Shown: piece by piece, positions 1-12,099 of the stretch
Numbering within the stretch: position 1 is the stretch's first letter
How the letters are laid out: every line of letters begins with the position of its first letter
Source: Azolla caroliniana
Lineage: Eukaryota; Plantae; Polypodiophyta
DNA length: 64,000 nucleotides
Assembly: GCA_043228905.1 (NCBI GenBank)
Contig: JBHGNT010000018.1
Span: 8,804,001-8,868,000 of the forward strand
Direction of reading: 5' to 3'
Position numbers and translations under genes: made by a program
The notes under the pieces: generated by a model
Seen by the model: only the letters and a program-made list of their open reading frames with translations
What the model was told of the DNA's origin: nothing
The model's database searches: none

Positions 1-1
1 G

Positions 2-1407
2 CTAAAATTTTTAAACGAGCCATCTTCCTCCATTTCGTACGCCTTGACTAAGCGACGATCCTTTTCTTTTCTGGCTCGCTCGAGATGTGCAAGGAAGGAT
101 GTAGGGAAATCGTGTATATCCTTAACTTCTCCTTGTTTCTTGCCTCGACACGATTTCTAATAGAAGCAATAGGACATCAGGTATTATTATACAACCTCTA
201 CATATGATGAAAGGGTAATGAAAAAATATCAATACTAACCCAATCCTTGAATGCAATAAAATACTCTGATAACGCCTTATACGAAGACGTTAGAGGATAA
301 TCCTCGGTCACTTGTTCCCAAGTTATACATCCAAGTTGTTTCATCATTACTTCTTGGATCTTCATGTACACCTTATGATTGTAAAATTAGAAATCAAGAT
401 TAGAACTTTGAATTACACCAGATAGACTACGATTTCAGTATTTGAAAGACTTACTTATTGAACTCGGTGACCATTTCTTCAAGGCTTAAATCTTTCGCCA
501 CAACCCTTGACAAAACGGACACAAGAAGCTGCTCGTCCTTAATACCTTGCATCGCTCTCCATAGAGACAGCTTCATGTCGTCTGCCGCTTCTTCAATTGT
601 CAAGTCAATTTTCTTGGCGGCTTGTGACTTTAATTCTAGTTGAGGGTCAACCCTACATTTCTTTTGTCGTTGACCCTTTACCTCCTTATTCTCCCACATT
701 GAGAAGATTTGATCTTGGAGGTCCCATACTTCTCCATCTCTAAACGCCAATTGAAACCAAGATTCATACTTTCGAAGACCATCGGACCTAACATTATCAT
801 CTACCACAATGCCGACTTCATGCAGACATTGACGTCGAAGGCCTGGATGTAACTTCACACCAAACTTTTGTTTGACATCTAAATACTCGTGGTGGAAGAA
901 CCGGATACGCTCAATAGACGACATTTTCTGCCTATAGTCATTATCATTATTATGGTCCCATGCCAACAGCTTAGCCTCTTCGGTTGTGAGCCCAACATAT
1001 ATTTTGCACTCGGCATACTTGAAGAAGAAAGTGGTTGGATGTTCTCTTACAAGTTGTCGACGTGCCTCTGCTGAATGCGATCCACCAATGACAAAATAAT
1101 TATATTGATCATGCTTTCTGATATCAAAATCTTCAATGGTTTCACATTCTTCAGGATCCACCATAACAATAAAAGGCACCACTGTGGCATGAGGATTAAT
1201 TTTCATTTTTTTCTTGAGATTTTGAACATGCATGCGATGAGGCTCTCTAATCTCAAGTGGTCTTCGACCTGTGTATAAATATTTGTATTGTATACATGAA
1301 CTCGATACGCCGTATCGAGTTCTTGGGAAACGAAACATATTTACAAAAATGTCCACAGTGTCAGAGGCCTACCTGGACTCCTCGCGCTCGACTCTCTTGG
1401 AAGACAT
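2..1407 (-). pseudogene. Spliced ParB/Sulfiredoxin-like domain gene, decayed
   Basis: Motifs PFIVMVDP..YFVIGGSHSAEARRQL..CKIYVGLTTEEAKLLAWDHN..MSSIERI follow the ParB N-terminal pattern. ATG at 1407 is in frame with ORF 451-1356 with a TAG at 1371-1369. Donors GTAAGT (~454) and GTTAGT (~239), acceptor TATTAG (~157); downstream exons read VYMKIQEVMMKQLG..KDW and KSCRGKK..GSFKKF. Confidence 0.65.
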
Positions 1408-1445
1408 GGTTGATCGTGTTGTGTGGAGGCGGAGATCGCGCTTTC

Positions 1446-1514
1446 GTGCTTTGTGCTTTGAGTGCTCTGTGTGCTCTGTGTGCTCTGAGTGCTCTGTACG
1501 CTCTGTACGCTCTG
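1446..1514. repeat. 9-bp tandem repeat (GTGCTCTGT-like) in the 5' leader of the ParB-like gene
   Basis: About 7 imperfect copies read directly. Confidence 0.85.
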
Positions 1515-1540
1515 GTGAGTGAAATATGATGAGGTCTTCC

Positions 1541-1548
1541 TATTTATA
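1541..1548 (-). promoter_or_regulatory. TATA box of the ParB-like gene
   Basis: TATAAATA in CCTATAAATAG context, about 135 bp upstream of ATG 1407. Confidence 0.55.
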
Positions 1549-2221
1549 GGGATTGAACCCATGGTTAAAGTAACCATAGTCATCTTAACCAATGTTGGTA
1601 ACTTTGAGGATAGTTAGTTTGTAACCATAGTCACATTAACTATAGTAACTTATGATTGTATCAATGATTACAAAGTCAAACTAACATATTGATCAATCTT
1701 TTATACTCATAACAACCTACAATCACTTCAAAGGTTATGAAGGAGACAATGATAGAGGTTCATGAATGTACCAATGATTGATTACTAAAAGCAAAAAATT
1801 TTATGACTCTCAATAGTTATGTATTAAAGATGTGGGCATGAATTAACCAATGATTGATAAGTCTAATATTTAAAATGGTGAGCATTAAAGAATCAATGAG
1901 TGAGACGTTCTATATCAAAATGGGTGTCATTAATTAGCCAATGATTTTAACATTAATCCAACATAATCAAGGCTTGTTAATGATTAGTTTTATATTTTAC
2001 TTGATTTAACATCATTTAGATCTAGTTTATATAATGATTGATAATTTAAGTTAAATTACTTTATTAAAAATAATTTTTAGATGTATTGTATTTTAATAGA
2101 ATATTACATAATATAGACATTCTATTGATTTGGCTTTTGTTTAGAGAGAAGTTTATGTTTAGGGAGGAGTATATGGTTAGAGAGGAGTATAACTTAGAGA
2201 GCCCTATCTAGACCTTAAGCC

Positions 2222-5002
2222 ATGAGTGAAGATTCACCGTTCTCGATTGAAGAATATTGTTTGTCATCAGACCCATCGTTTTCTACTGAAGAGTATTGTT
2301 TATCAACAGAGTCACCATATTCGATTGAAGAATATTGTCTTTCGACCGACTCACCATATTCTATCGAAGAATATTGTCTGAGCTCATCTACAGGGAATGC
2401 AAATAATGACACATGTGAAGAGTTCTCTATTGAAGAATACGATATTAATAAAGATACCGGGAATGAAGGAAGTGCCCAGGAAACATTGAATAACATTGGC
2501 GATGGTCAGAACAGAGAATTAGACTGTAACAAGGTTACACCAACCTCTATGCAGGAAGAGAAATCTGGGAGCCCTATGCATATTAGAAGAATCCCACGAA
2601 GAATTCGTCTGGCTAGATTTAGCTTGGTGACATCAGATAAACAGATTGGATTTGATGTCAACAAAATATGTTGTGCCCGTGGTTGTATGTCTATGATTGG
2701 AAAATCAAAGTTGCGAGAATTAAGGCGATACTATTTTTCGATGACCGGTGATGAGCAAGACACTTACCTCGGATCACATATGCAACTAGTATCTGACAAA
2801 TGTACGGGGATCAAAGTATCATTCGAGTATTATATCTTCCATGCGCAACTGATATGTAGAGTTGCATTCAAAATTGTGTTATGTGTTAGTAACATGCGGC
2901 TACATAGAGTACAACAACGTCTACTTAGCGGGGATCAGATGCTCAATTGTAAAGAGGTTCCAAGTATGAAAGGTGCAATTGGAAGACTAGCTATTGGCTG
3001 GATGAAAACTTACTTTCAGTTAAATTGTGAAGTAATGCCCACTACAGGTAGGATGCATCTTTCTGATAATTATACCCGTCGGGAAGTTTATGATGTCTAT
3101 CGATCTGAAATGCTGGGCTCACGTAATAAGTCTATCACCTATAGCCAATTCACAAGATTATGGAGAGCTCGGTTTTCAAATGTTATTATTCCTCGTAAAG
3201 TACGTATGGGTTATTGCTCCATTTGTGCAAATCTTAAAAGTTTGGCTAAAGGTGCAAAGACATCAATGGAAAAGGATACGAGTAAGAAGTTACTACAAGA
3301 GCATCGTGAGGCACAATCCTTAGAACGAAGGAAGGCGATGCATCATAGAGAGAAGTGTTTGAAGAGGCCTGAACAATACATGTGCTTAATGATAGATGGC
3401 ATGGACCAGAAGAAGACATGCTTGCCACATATGCGGAGGCTCCCCAAAGATGTCAATGATGAGTGCCTTGTTCAAATGCACTTGGTGGGATGCTTGGCTT
3501 ATAATATGTCTGTTCGACCTCACGTCTTCATTACTTACCCCAATGTTCACAATGACCCTAACCTAACAGTTACAGTGATTCACCGAGTTTTGATGTCTTG
3601 GGGACAACCTTTCCCCCCTGTTCTATACATTCAATTGGACAATACTGCTAGAGAGAACAAAAATTCAACTGTATTTGGCTATCTAAGTATGTTGGTCAAC
3701 CTAGAATTGTTTAGGAAAGTGAAAGTCAATTTCCTTTTGGTTGGCCACACACATGACCATATAGATCAGATGTTTAGCACATTCTCCAGACAGTTGTCTC
3801 GGCATGATGCTTTCACTTTACCTAAACTATTTGATGTCATTTGTGATGCATATACACCACGCCCAAAAGTGTTACACTTGAAGGAGGTATATGACTTTAA
3901 GAGATATATATTAGATGGGGGTGGTGGGAATGTTAAAGTGCTTGCTCAGTTAAACAATATAAGTTTCAATCACATTTTTTTGATAAAGAAAAATGGAATA
4001 AGTGGTTCTACACTTTTGTATGCTAAACAATATTCATCTTCTACAACATGGGAACCTGAAGGTGGTTGCCAGTTATTACTTTGTATGCCGAGTACAATTG
4101 TCCATGGAGCTAAGCAAATGCCAATTGAGAAGAAAGGACAGTTGCAGAGCGACTTGGTATTAGAACAAAAACGGTCATGGCTCCAAGCCTTAGAAGAAAA
4201 AAGAAAACATATTGAGGCCGCCAAGAAATATGCCGCACAACAAGACACGTCATGGTAGGATGTATTTTATAGTGATCAGAAATAAATTATAGACAATTGT
4301 GTATCTGTTGATAATTGGAATTTGGAAACGCCATTCACATGGTCGCTGCAACATGATCGCGTAAATAGAAGTCCGGAGCGACTAGTAAATGCGATTAATG
4401 ACAGCTTGGTCCATCCACAACAAAGAGACATTTATGTGGGACCAAGGATGACCAAAGCAGCCGAAGCTAGATGGCAAGGAAATTTGCAAGAGCTCACCGC
4501 GGGGATGTTGATTGCAACGCCGGCTGATGAGAACTCACATGGCCACCAATTTTGGGTTGGTAAAATTCTAGAAGTGCTAATGCATGAAATAGATAACACG
4601 ATCAAGTCTATAAATGTTCATTGGTACAACACTAGAAGTGCAAATGCTTTTACAGGTAAGTATACATTGGAGATGATTGAATGCCAAACAAGAAGGGGAG
4701 GTAGGAAGAGGAAGCAAAACATTCGTAACACCTCGACCCTTGATATCTCTGATGTGGATATCATCGTGTACGACTTCACACTTACAAAAGCCGGACGATT
4801 AAGGAAGTCAACAATAGATATAATAAAAGAAAAATTACCAGGTCTACAAGGTGGCTCGAGTCAAAGGCAAACGAGATCTGCTATATATAATCTAGAGTCA
4901 AACCATTTGGTTTATGACGAAGATAATGCACTGATTGGTACATCCGAGGATGATGAGGAGGAATCGTCATTGTATATTAGTTATAGTAGTGATTCTCCGT
5001 AA
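2222..5002 (+). pseudogene. DDE/DDD RNase H-fold transposase-like gene (DUF7869/Sola-like by motif) with BAH/Tudor-like C-terminus; about 926 codons with two in-frame stops
   Basis: Motifs CCxxxC, ICRVAF, CSIC, IDGMDQ, YIQLDNTARENKN, FLLVGHTHDHIDQMFS. ORFs 2222-4258 and 4322-5002 share a frame, split by TAG 4256-4258 and TAA 4283-4285. Confidence 0.75.
2225..2441 (+). repeat. 39-bp coding tandem repeat (S-x-D/E-S-P-F/Y-S-I-E-E-Y-C-L), four copies plus a detached fifth
   Basis: Seen in DNA and in translation of the transposase N-terminus. Confidence 0.9.
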
Positions 5003-5343
5003 AGGAGTGATCATGAATGTATATTTGGCTATTAAGTGTAACTACATTCCGCTTGTAACAAATCGAGTAATATAAAATCATGTGTTTTGAATTCTTATGA
5101 TTTCCCAAAAATCGTTTCTTATAAAATAACATTGGTTGTAAAGTTTGTGATATAAATTGAGAATGTATGTTTTTGAAATTCGTCTTTTTTTAGTTACTTC
5201 TAAATCACGAAAATAGTGGATTTTTAACCTTTTTCATAGTATGTTTGAACTTGTATGATACTGGTATCAATGTGTTTTGTAAAATCATTGAAAAACCCCT
5301 AAAATTTCCCTTCTCCTTCCATTTATGCGCGATCCTTCCACCT

Positions 5344-7273
5344 GGTATTGATTTTGATGAAATTTTCTCACCAGTTCTGAAAATGAGTTCTATTCAACTT
5401 GTTTTAGGTTTGGCAGCCAGTTTAAATCTTGAGATTGAGTAGCTTGATGTAAAGACTGATTTCTTGCATGGAAAGAAGAGATCTACATGGAACAACCAGA
5501 GGGTTTCAAAGAGAAAGGAAAGGAGCATATGGTATGTAAGCTGAGAAAAAGTCATTATGGCAACCACCAAGACAATGGTATAAAAGGTTTGACTCATTTA
5601 TGGTGAGTCAAAACTACACCAAGACTAATGGAGATCATTGTGTGTATGTTAGGCATTTTTCTTAAGGTAATTTTATAATTCTCTTATTGTATGTCGATGA
5701 TATGCTAATTGTAGGACAAGATGTAGACAATATCCACAAGTTAAAGGTGGACCTATCTAAGTCCTTTCACATGAAAGATCTAGGACATGCTAAACATATT
5801 TTTGGCATGAAAATTAATCACAATAGGGAATGTGGAAAGTTGTGGCTCTTTCAAGAAAAATACATAGAACGAGTATTAGAGAGGTTTAGTATGCATAATG
5901 CAAAAAGTACCCCCCTTGCTAACCATTTTAAATTATGTAGAAAAGATTGTCGAGATACTGAGCAAGAGAAAGAAGATATGTCTTCAATTCCTTACTCTTC
6001 AGTGATTGGCTCATTAATGTATGCTATGACAAGGCCAAATATTGCCCATGTTGTTAGTATTGTAAGTAGATATCTCTCCAATCCGGGTAAGTATCATTAG
6101 GATGCTATAAAATGGATTTTTTGATATTTAAGAGGTACATCAAAATTATGTCTATGTTTCGAAGATTCTAAACAAATTCTTGAAGGTTTGCCCGATGCAA
6201 ATATGGCAGGGGATCTTGATGGGAGAAAATCTACTTCGGCTTACCTATTTACATTTGTAGGGGGAGCCGTATCATAGCAATCTAAGTTGCAAAACTGTGT
6301 TGCTTTGTCTACAACAGAAGCAGGATATATTGCATCCACTGAAGCTGCCAAAGAGATGTTATGGTCGAAAAGGTTTGTTTCAGATTTGGATGTATGTCAA
6401 CTAACTTATGTAACCTTCTGTGATAGCCAAAGTACAATAGATTTGAGCAAGAACTCGATGTACCATACTCTTATGAAACATTTTGATGTAAGGTATCATT
6501 GATTGCACTCTACAACTCAAGAAAATTCACACAGATGAAAATGTTGTTGACATGTTGACAAAGGTAGTCTCAAAAGAAAAGCTTGAGCAATGTGTCAAGC
6601 TTGTTGGAATGAACACAAACTAAGTGCCTCAATGGAATCTTCTCCTATGTGGCCAGAGGGGGAGATTGTTAGGTTTTCTGTCCACATTCTTAGTATGTAA
6701 ATGGGCCTTGGATACCCAACATTGTATATTTTAAATATAGTGTGAAAATAGGTCACACAAGATGGAGTTACACATCTATACTCACTTTTTGAGAGTGAGT
6801 TAAAAAGGAGAACACGGGCATTTTTTTGCAGCAAAGAAAATTTAACAAATTTTTGAGAGCTCACACTCTCTTCTTTGGCACATTTCCTTCAGCGCTCTAA
6901 AGTACACCAGTACATACGGACATCCAGACATCACCGCCTCCGTTACTAGCCACATGTTGTGAGTTTTTGGGTGGTTGTTTTTGTGTCTTTTAGTTGGGTT
7001 TAATTGTTGAGGAAATATCATATTCCTTTCTTTCTCATAGTACTCTAACTTGTTTAGAGTAGAACTTTGGTGTATAAGATTTGCATTGATAGTGGATTAT
7101 TTCTGAACTAGGTCCTGTGGTTTTTACCTCTTTGAGGGTTTTCCACGTTAAAAATTTGTGGTGTATTGTGCATAGTGTTTGTTGTGTATCAAGTTCTTGT
7201 TTTCTTTTAATAATCTTGCACAACATCATTTCTGTCTACCATAAGTGATTAAGTGCTATTAAGTTTCCAATCA
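5344..7273 (+). mobile_element. Ty1/copia remnant: degenerate RT-RNase H, PPT and 3' LTR
   Basis: GIDFDEIFSPV, YVDDML, CVALSTTEA, CDSQS, KHFDVRYH with stops and frameshifts; PPT AGAGGGGGAGAT before TG at 6667. Confidence 0.9.
6667..7273 (+). repeat. 3' LTR of the copia remnant (right end approximate)
   Basis: Starts TGTTAGG right after the PPT; plausible end at CCAATCA. Confidence 0.6.
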
Positions 7274-7557
7274 TGTGCCCCATGATACTCCAGTTAGGGC
7301 ATTGAACTACCAAACTACTTGTTTGGGAAATAAAAGCTACGAATTTAATACTTCATATTGAACTTAATATTAAATATCTATCTACATATTTAGAGTTGTG
7401 TCTAACTATAAATAAATACTTATTGTTATGGATTTAGCATTAGAATTGTAATTTATACTAGTTTTACATCAGTTTCAGGCTCTAAGGACTTGTCATGATA
7501 TGAATTGCTCATTTTGAGTGTGGATTTATTAAAATTGAACGTGTTTTTATTCGAAGA

Positions 7558-7995
7558 TGTTAAGTAATTAGGTAATTAACTAGGGTTAATTAGAGACTAA
7601 TTATATGGTTACGTTAAGCACCGGAAGATTAGTATGATATGCGCGTGAGAGTGTGTGAGAGGTAGAGAGAGAGAGAGGAAGTTACACTTGAACACAAAGA
7701 TAAATGGGGGATGATTGACTATATTGAAAAGTGTCATCAACATACAAAAATACCCACAATGAGGTATATATACAACCCATGTGCAAGGGCGCACATGTGT
7801 GGGTAGAACATAGGTACTTGTGTGTAAGTCCACATTAAATGTACTAAGGAGTGGAGGATCTAGAATATCCCACTTAAGTACAAGGTCCTATTTAAAGGCT
7901 TAAGGTCAACACATTAACTAGATTCGATCTAGGTAACTACTAAGTTACATGTGTTGACTAACTAGATTAAACTAGTTGAGCTTGATATCTTAACA
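7558..7995 (-). repeat. 3' LTR of RT-less copia
   Basis: Direct repeat of 11051-11477. Confidence 0.95.
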
Positions 7996-8219
7996 CGCCC
8001 CCTCAAGCTCAAGTGTGAGTCGTCCAACGTCCGGTTTAGCTTCCTTCGGCTTCGTTGGCATCAGTGCGGCTTGCGGCTTTCTTCGCGGTGTTGTGTGGCT
8101 TTCTTCACGTCTTCACGGCTTCGTTGCGCGGCTCTCCGCGGCTTTGTTGCGCGGCTTTCTTCGCATATTTGCGGCTTCGTTGCATGGTTCTCCGCGGTTT
8201 TTTTCTCCCCCTCAAGCCA

Positions 8220-10874
8220 ATGACGAAGGCTTGGATCCTCGGGCTCTTGTTCGGCCACTACCTTCATTGCGAGGGCATAGTGATGGGCCATATACTCGTT
8301 GTAGGCGTAATGAGTGATTTGGGTCTTCGCTCGTGATGAGCGGCGGAGTTTCTCGTTTGTCGATGTGAGTGCCTTCTTTACTCCGGATGTCCTCATGATG
8401 GGTACACCGAACTCATTGTCTAGTGAGCGAGCCGAATCATCTGAATCATGGTCGTCGGGGTGGACCTCGACTTCGTATTTGGGCATCTTACCTTTGCCTT
8501 TGTCCGATGTCAGACTTGGCCGCGACGTGTTTTCATCGCATGGAGGCTCTTGTGGGCCAATTAGCTCGGTAGAGCTTGGATTGTCCTTCGGTGGAGGACT
8601 TGGCCGAGTTTCGTCGTCCGAGTTGGTGTTCAACTCTCGGGTTGGATGGAGTCGCATCGGGCTTATACCAAGATGCCGATTCGTCGAAAACGATGTCGCG
8701 ACTTATCCCCACCGCTCGGGTCGAAGGGTTGAAGCACTTGTATGCCTTTTTTGCAGACAAGTATCCTATGAGGATACATTCTTCCGACTTCGCGTCGGGC
8801 TTCTCTCCACTTTCGTTCGGGATGCGTACATTCGCAATGCTTCCGAACACCTTGAGGTGCGAGAGGATGGGCTTTCTTCCAATGAAGATCTCGTATGGAG
8901 TAAGCTCGTGCACGCTATTTGTGGTGCATCGATTCATGAGATAGACGGCCGTGGATGCCGCTTCCGCCCAATAGAAGTTCGGCATGTGCTTCTCACGCAT
9001 CATGGCGCGTGTTACCTTGAGTATTTGCCGATTCTTTCTCTCGGCTACTCCATTTTGTTGGGGAGTGTGTCGGCATGAGAATTCTCTACGAATGCCTTCA
9101 CCTTGGAGGTAGGAGGTGAACTCGTCGAAGAAGTACTCCTTTCCTTTGTCTGATCGTAGGCATCGAATATGCCGACTGGTTTCTTTCTCCACTTGGCTTT
9201 TGAGCCTTTGAAAGTGGGAGAGCACTTTGCTCTTCTTCTTCATCGGGTATATCCACGCGTAGCGCGTGTGTTCGTCGATGAAGGTGACGTAGTAGTGGCA
9301 TCCGCCGAGCGTCGGCGTTTGAGCCGGTCCCCATACGTCCAAGTGGATTATGTCAAGGAGGCCTTTGCTTGCGGAGCTCTCCTTCGGGAATGGGAGTCGA
9401 TGTTGTTTGCTGAGTTGGCATGCTTCGCACACTCGGTCGACTCGTTTTGATTGCATTCCGCGAAGTTGTTGGAGGTTTACGTGGCCAATTCACTTGTGCC
9501 ACAACTCGATGTTTGTCTCGGTCTTGAGACCTTTGGCATACATGGCCGATTTTACCTCGTTCGAGTCGAGGATGAACAAGCGACCGTCTCTCCGTCCCTT
9601 GGCTATGAGTCGGTCGTCTTTCTCGATGAAGTAACCTTCATTGTTGAAGCGGAATTGCATGCCTTGCTCCGCGATTTGGCCGACCGAGACCAAATTGTTT
9701 GTTATTGTGGGCACGTGCAAGACATTCTTGATGCAGTTTTGCTCACCTTCTTTCCCGAATGGGACATCACCGATGTGCCGAATGGGATGCGGAGTGTCGT
9801 CTCCGGTCTCTATGTAGCCGGGTCGATCCGGCGTTCGCAAGTCGCGAAACTACTCTTGGTGCGACGTCATGTGGTGCGAGGCGTCGGAGTCTATGAACCA
9901 TGCGGGTTCGGAGTTGGAGGTGCTTGCGGAGTTTGCGGGATCGGAGGCCATCATAGAGTTCACTCTATGCCTCATCACGAAGAGTCGCCGTAGTCCGCGT
10001 ATTCCGCGTTCGCGGCATAATTTGTGAGTTGCCGGCTTGTTGAAGCCGACTCGCTTCGTCTTTTTCGGCACTCCTCTTCGCGATGGCCGATTTTGCCGCA
10101 ATAGTTGCACGTAGGTGGCGTCGTTCGCCGACCTTGTTCGGCGTGGAAGCTCCCCCTTCTTGTGAAGGTTCCTCGATGGCTTCCGTTTCCTTGCCGAAAT
10201 TGTGAATTCCCTTCATGGGATAGGTCGAATTGACCTCTTCCGCGTCGACCTCGTCTATGGGCACCATCCGTATCGGAGAAGAGCATTTGTCCTTCCGATG
10301 TGTTGGTCTTTGGTTGAACGTGGTTTTCTTCGACCAATAGCATTGATTGGAGGTTGAAGAACGAGGGAGGGGTATCTCTCGCCAAGATTGCCTTTCTCAA
10401 CGGGTTGAATCGTTGTGCGAGGCCACCCAAGCATACTTGCACCATCTCGTCCTCATTGATGTTGACGTTGATGGAGCCAAGCGAGTCGCAAATGCTCTTG
10501 ATCTTCGCGGTGTAGTCCGTCATAGACATTTCTTTTTGTCGTATGTTGTTCAACTCTTACCGGAGTTGAAGCTTGCGCACGAATGTGTCCGCAGCGAAAA
10601 TCTTCTTGAGATTTTCCTACACCTCTTTGGGCGTCTTGGCATCACGAATGTGGCTAAGCATGTGGTCGTTTACACATGTTGCCAAGCAATACATTACCTG
10701 ACTCGCGCCTTGTTCCCATGTTGGGTAGTTGGCGTGTGTTGTTTCGGGTTTGTTTTCTTGTGCGCCGTTATACCCTTGGCCGACAAGGTATTGATTCATC
10801 TTGTACTCCCAAGATGAATAGTTGCTTCGGTCTAGCTTTTCGCTAGGGAGTGAGCTTCCCATTTGTATGTTCAT
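8220..10874 (-). pseudogene. copia gag-protease-integrase polyprotein, disrupted
   Basis: KLDRSNYSSW, CNYCGKIGHREEEC zinc knuckle, WFIDSDASHH protease, CEAC, IHLDVWGP, TPQQNGVAERKNR. Confidence 0.9.
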
Positions 10875-11038
10875 GTTGATTGTTGTGTCTTCCGTTTTGT
10901 TTTTCTTCTCTTGGTTGCGTACATGTCCTTCGTAGCGGCACTACGGTAGCGGATAGCGAATAGCCGAGATTTGTCGTCGGCATCTCGAACACACAATCAC
11001 GAATAAGTGGTGGGCTTAGTGCATTTCCTAAACCACGC

Positions 11039-11050
11039 GCTCTGATACCA
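11039..11050 (-). other. Primer binding site for initiator tRNA-Met
   Basis: TGGTATCAGAGC immediately inside the 5' LTR. Confidence 0.92.
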
Positions 11051-11477
11051 TGTAAAGTAATTAGGTAATTAACTAGGGTTAATTAGAGACTAATTATATG
11101 GTTACGTTAAGCAACGGAAGATTAGTATGATATGCGTGTGAGAGTGTGTGAGAGGAAGAGAGAGAGAGAGAGAGAAAGTTACACTTGAACACAAGGATAA
11201 ATGGGGGATGATTGACTATATTGAAAAGTGTCATCAACATACAAAAATACCCACAATGAGGTATATATACAACCCATGTGTGGGTAGAACATAGGTACTT
11301 ATGTGTAAGTCCTACATTAAATGTACTAAGGAGTGGAGGATCTAGAATATCCCACTTAAGTACAAGGTCCTATTTAAAGGCTTAAGGTCCACACACTAAC
11401 TAGATTCGATCTAGGTAACTACTAAGTTACATGTGTTGACTAACTAGATTAAACTAGTTGAGCTTGATATCTCAACA
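11051..11477 (-). repeat. 5' LTR of RT-less copia
   Basis: Direct repeat of 7558-7995. Confidence 0.95.
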
Positions 11478-12099
11478 GAAGACTTTGCCTCTTCAACATT
11501 TAGAGCTACGATTAGGGTTTATTATGATATATGAATATGGGCATATATGAGCTTTGTTAAGATTTTCATGAAAAAATCTCATGATAGAAAAGTAGGATTC
11601 CATTCACTTGAGTCAATTGCACCACTAACTTGTTAAACGCTCTACACTAGCTCTGTTAACACCATTTCTAATTCATCTAGTTTGCCCCATACCAACACCT
11701 CTATTTCATGTACTAACTCTCCTTGCATTTCCACCACCAACTCTTCTTCTTGTGCTCTTCTTACTTCACTTTCTAATGTTTTGCTCACCAATAATGAAGA
11801 TGTTTTTTTAATGCAATGCCAGGAAATGAGATTGTGAGTGACGAAAGAATGGGCAAAATTTTGATAAAATGTGATCAATGTCATGGTATTCAATTAGAGG
11901 GAGATATATTTAGCTTAGAGTTTATTGACATTGTCATTTTCTGATTCACCATTTCAATATGACATTTTCCTGTTATTACCCTTTTTTTTTCAAAAAGATT
12001 TCCTTCATTAGTATTAAGAGAAGTGATTGAGGGCTACGAAAATGTAAATCAGAGATTATTATATACGAAAGAAATGTTCAGGGCAAGAACCAGGGGTGT

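Larger units (their letters stand above)
1..5343. mobile_element. Right part of a putative two-gene DNA transposon (transposase-like plus ParB-like gene), apparently inserted into a copia RT
   Basis: Two divergent genes; abrupt switch near 5344 into copia RT (GIDFDEIFSPV). Left end is outside the window, so TIR/TSD cannot be checked. Confidence 0.55.
7558..11477 (-). mobile_element. Ty1/copia element with both LTRs, gag-PR-IN but no RT/RNase H; 5-bp TSD GAAGA
   Basis: LTRs 7558-7995 and 11051-11477 (TG..CA); GAAGA at 7553-7557 and 11478-11482; PBS TGGTATCAGAGC; PPT GAGGGGGCG. Confidence 0.95.

Noticed and set aside
6595-7229. Small ORFs conserved with 17145-17779
   Set aside because: They lie in LTR sequence; conservation reflects the segmental duplication
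8015-10817. Long plus-strand ORFs over the copia
   Set aside because: Antisense shadows of GC-rich gag-pol
11642-11893. 83-aa ORF with an acidic helical stretch
   Set aside because: No recognisable family and disrupted in the duplicate copy
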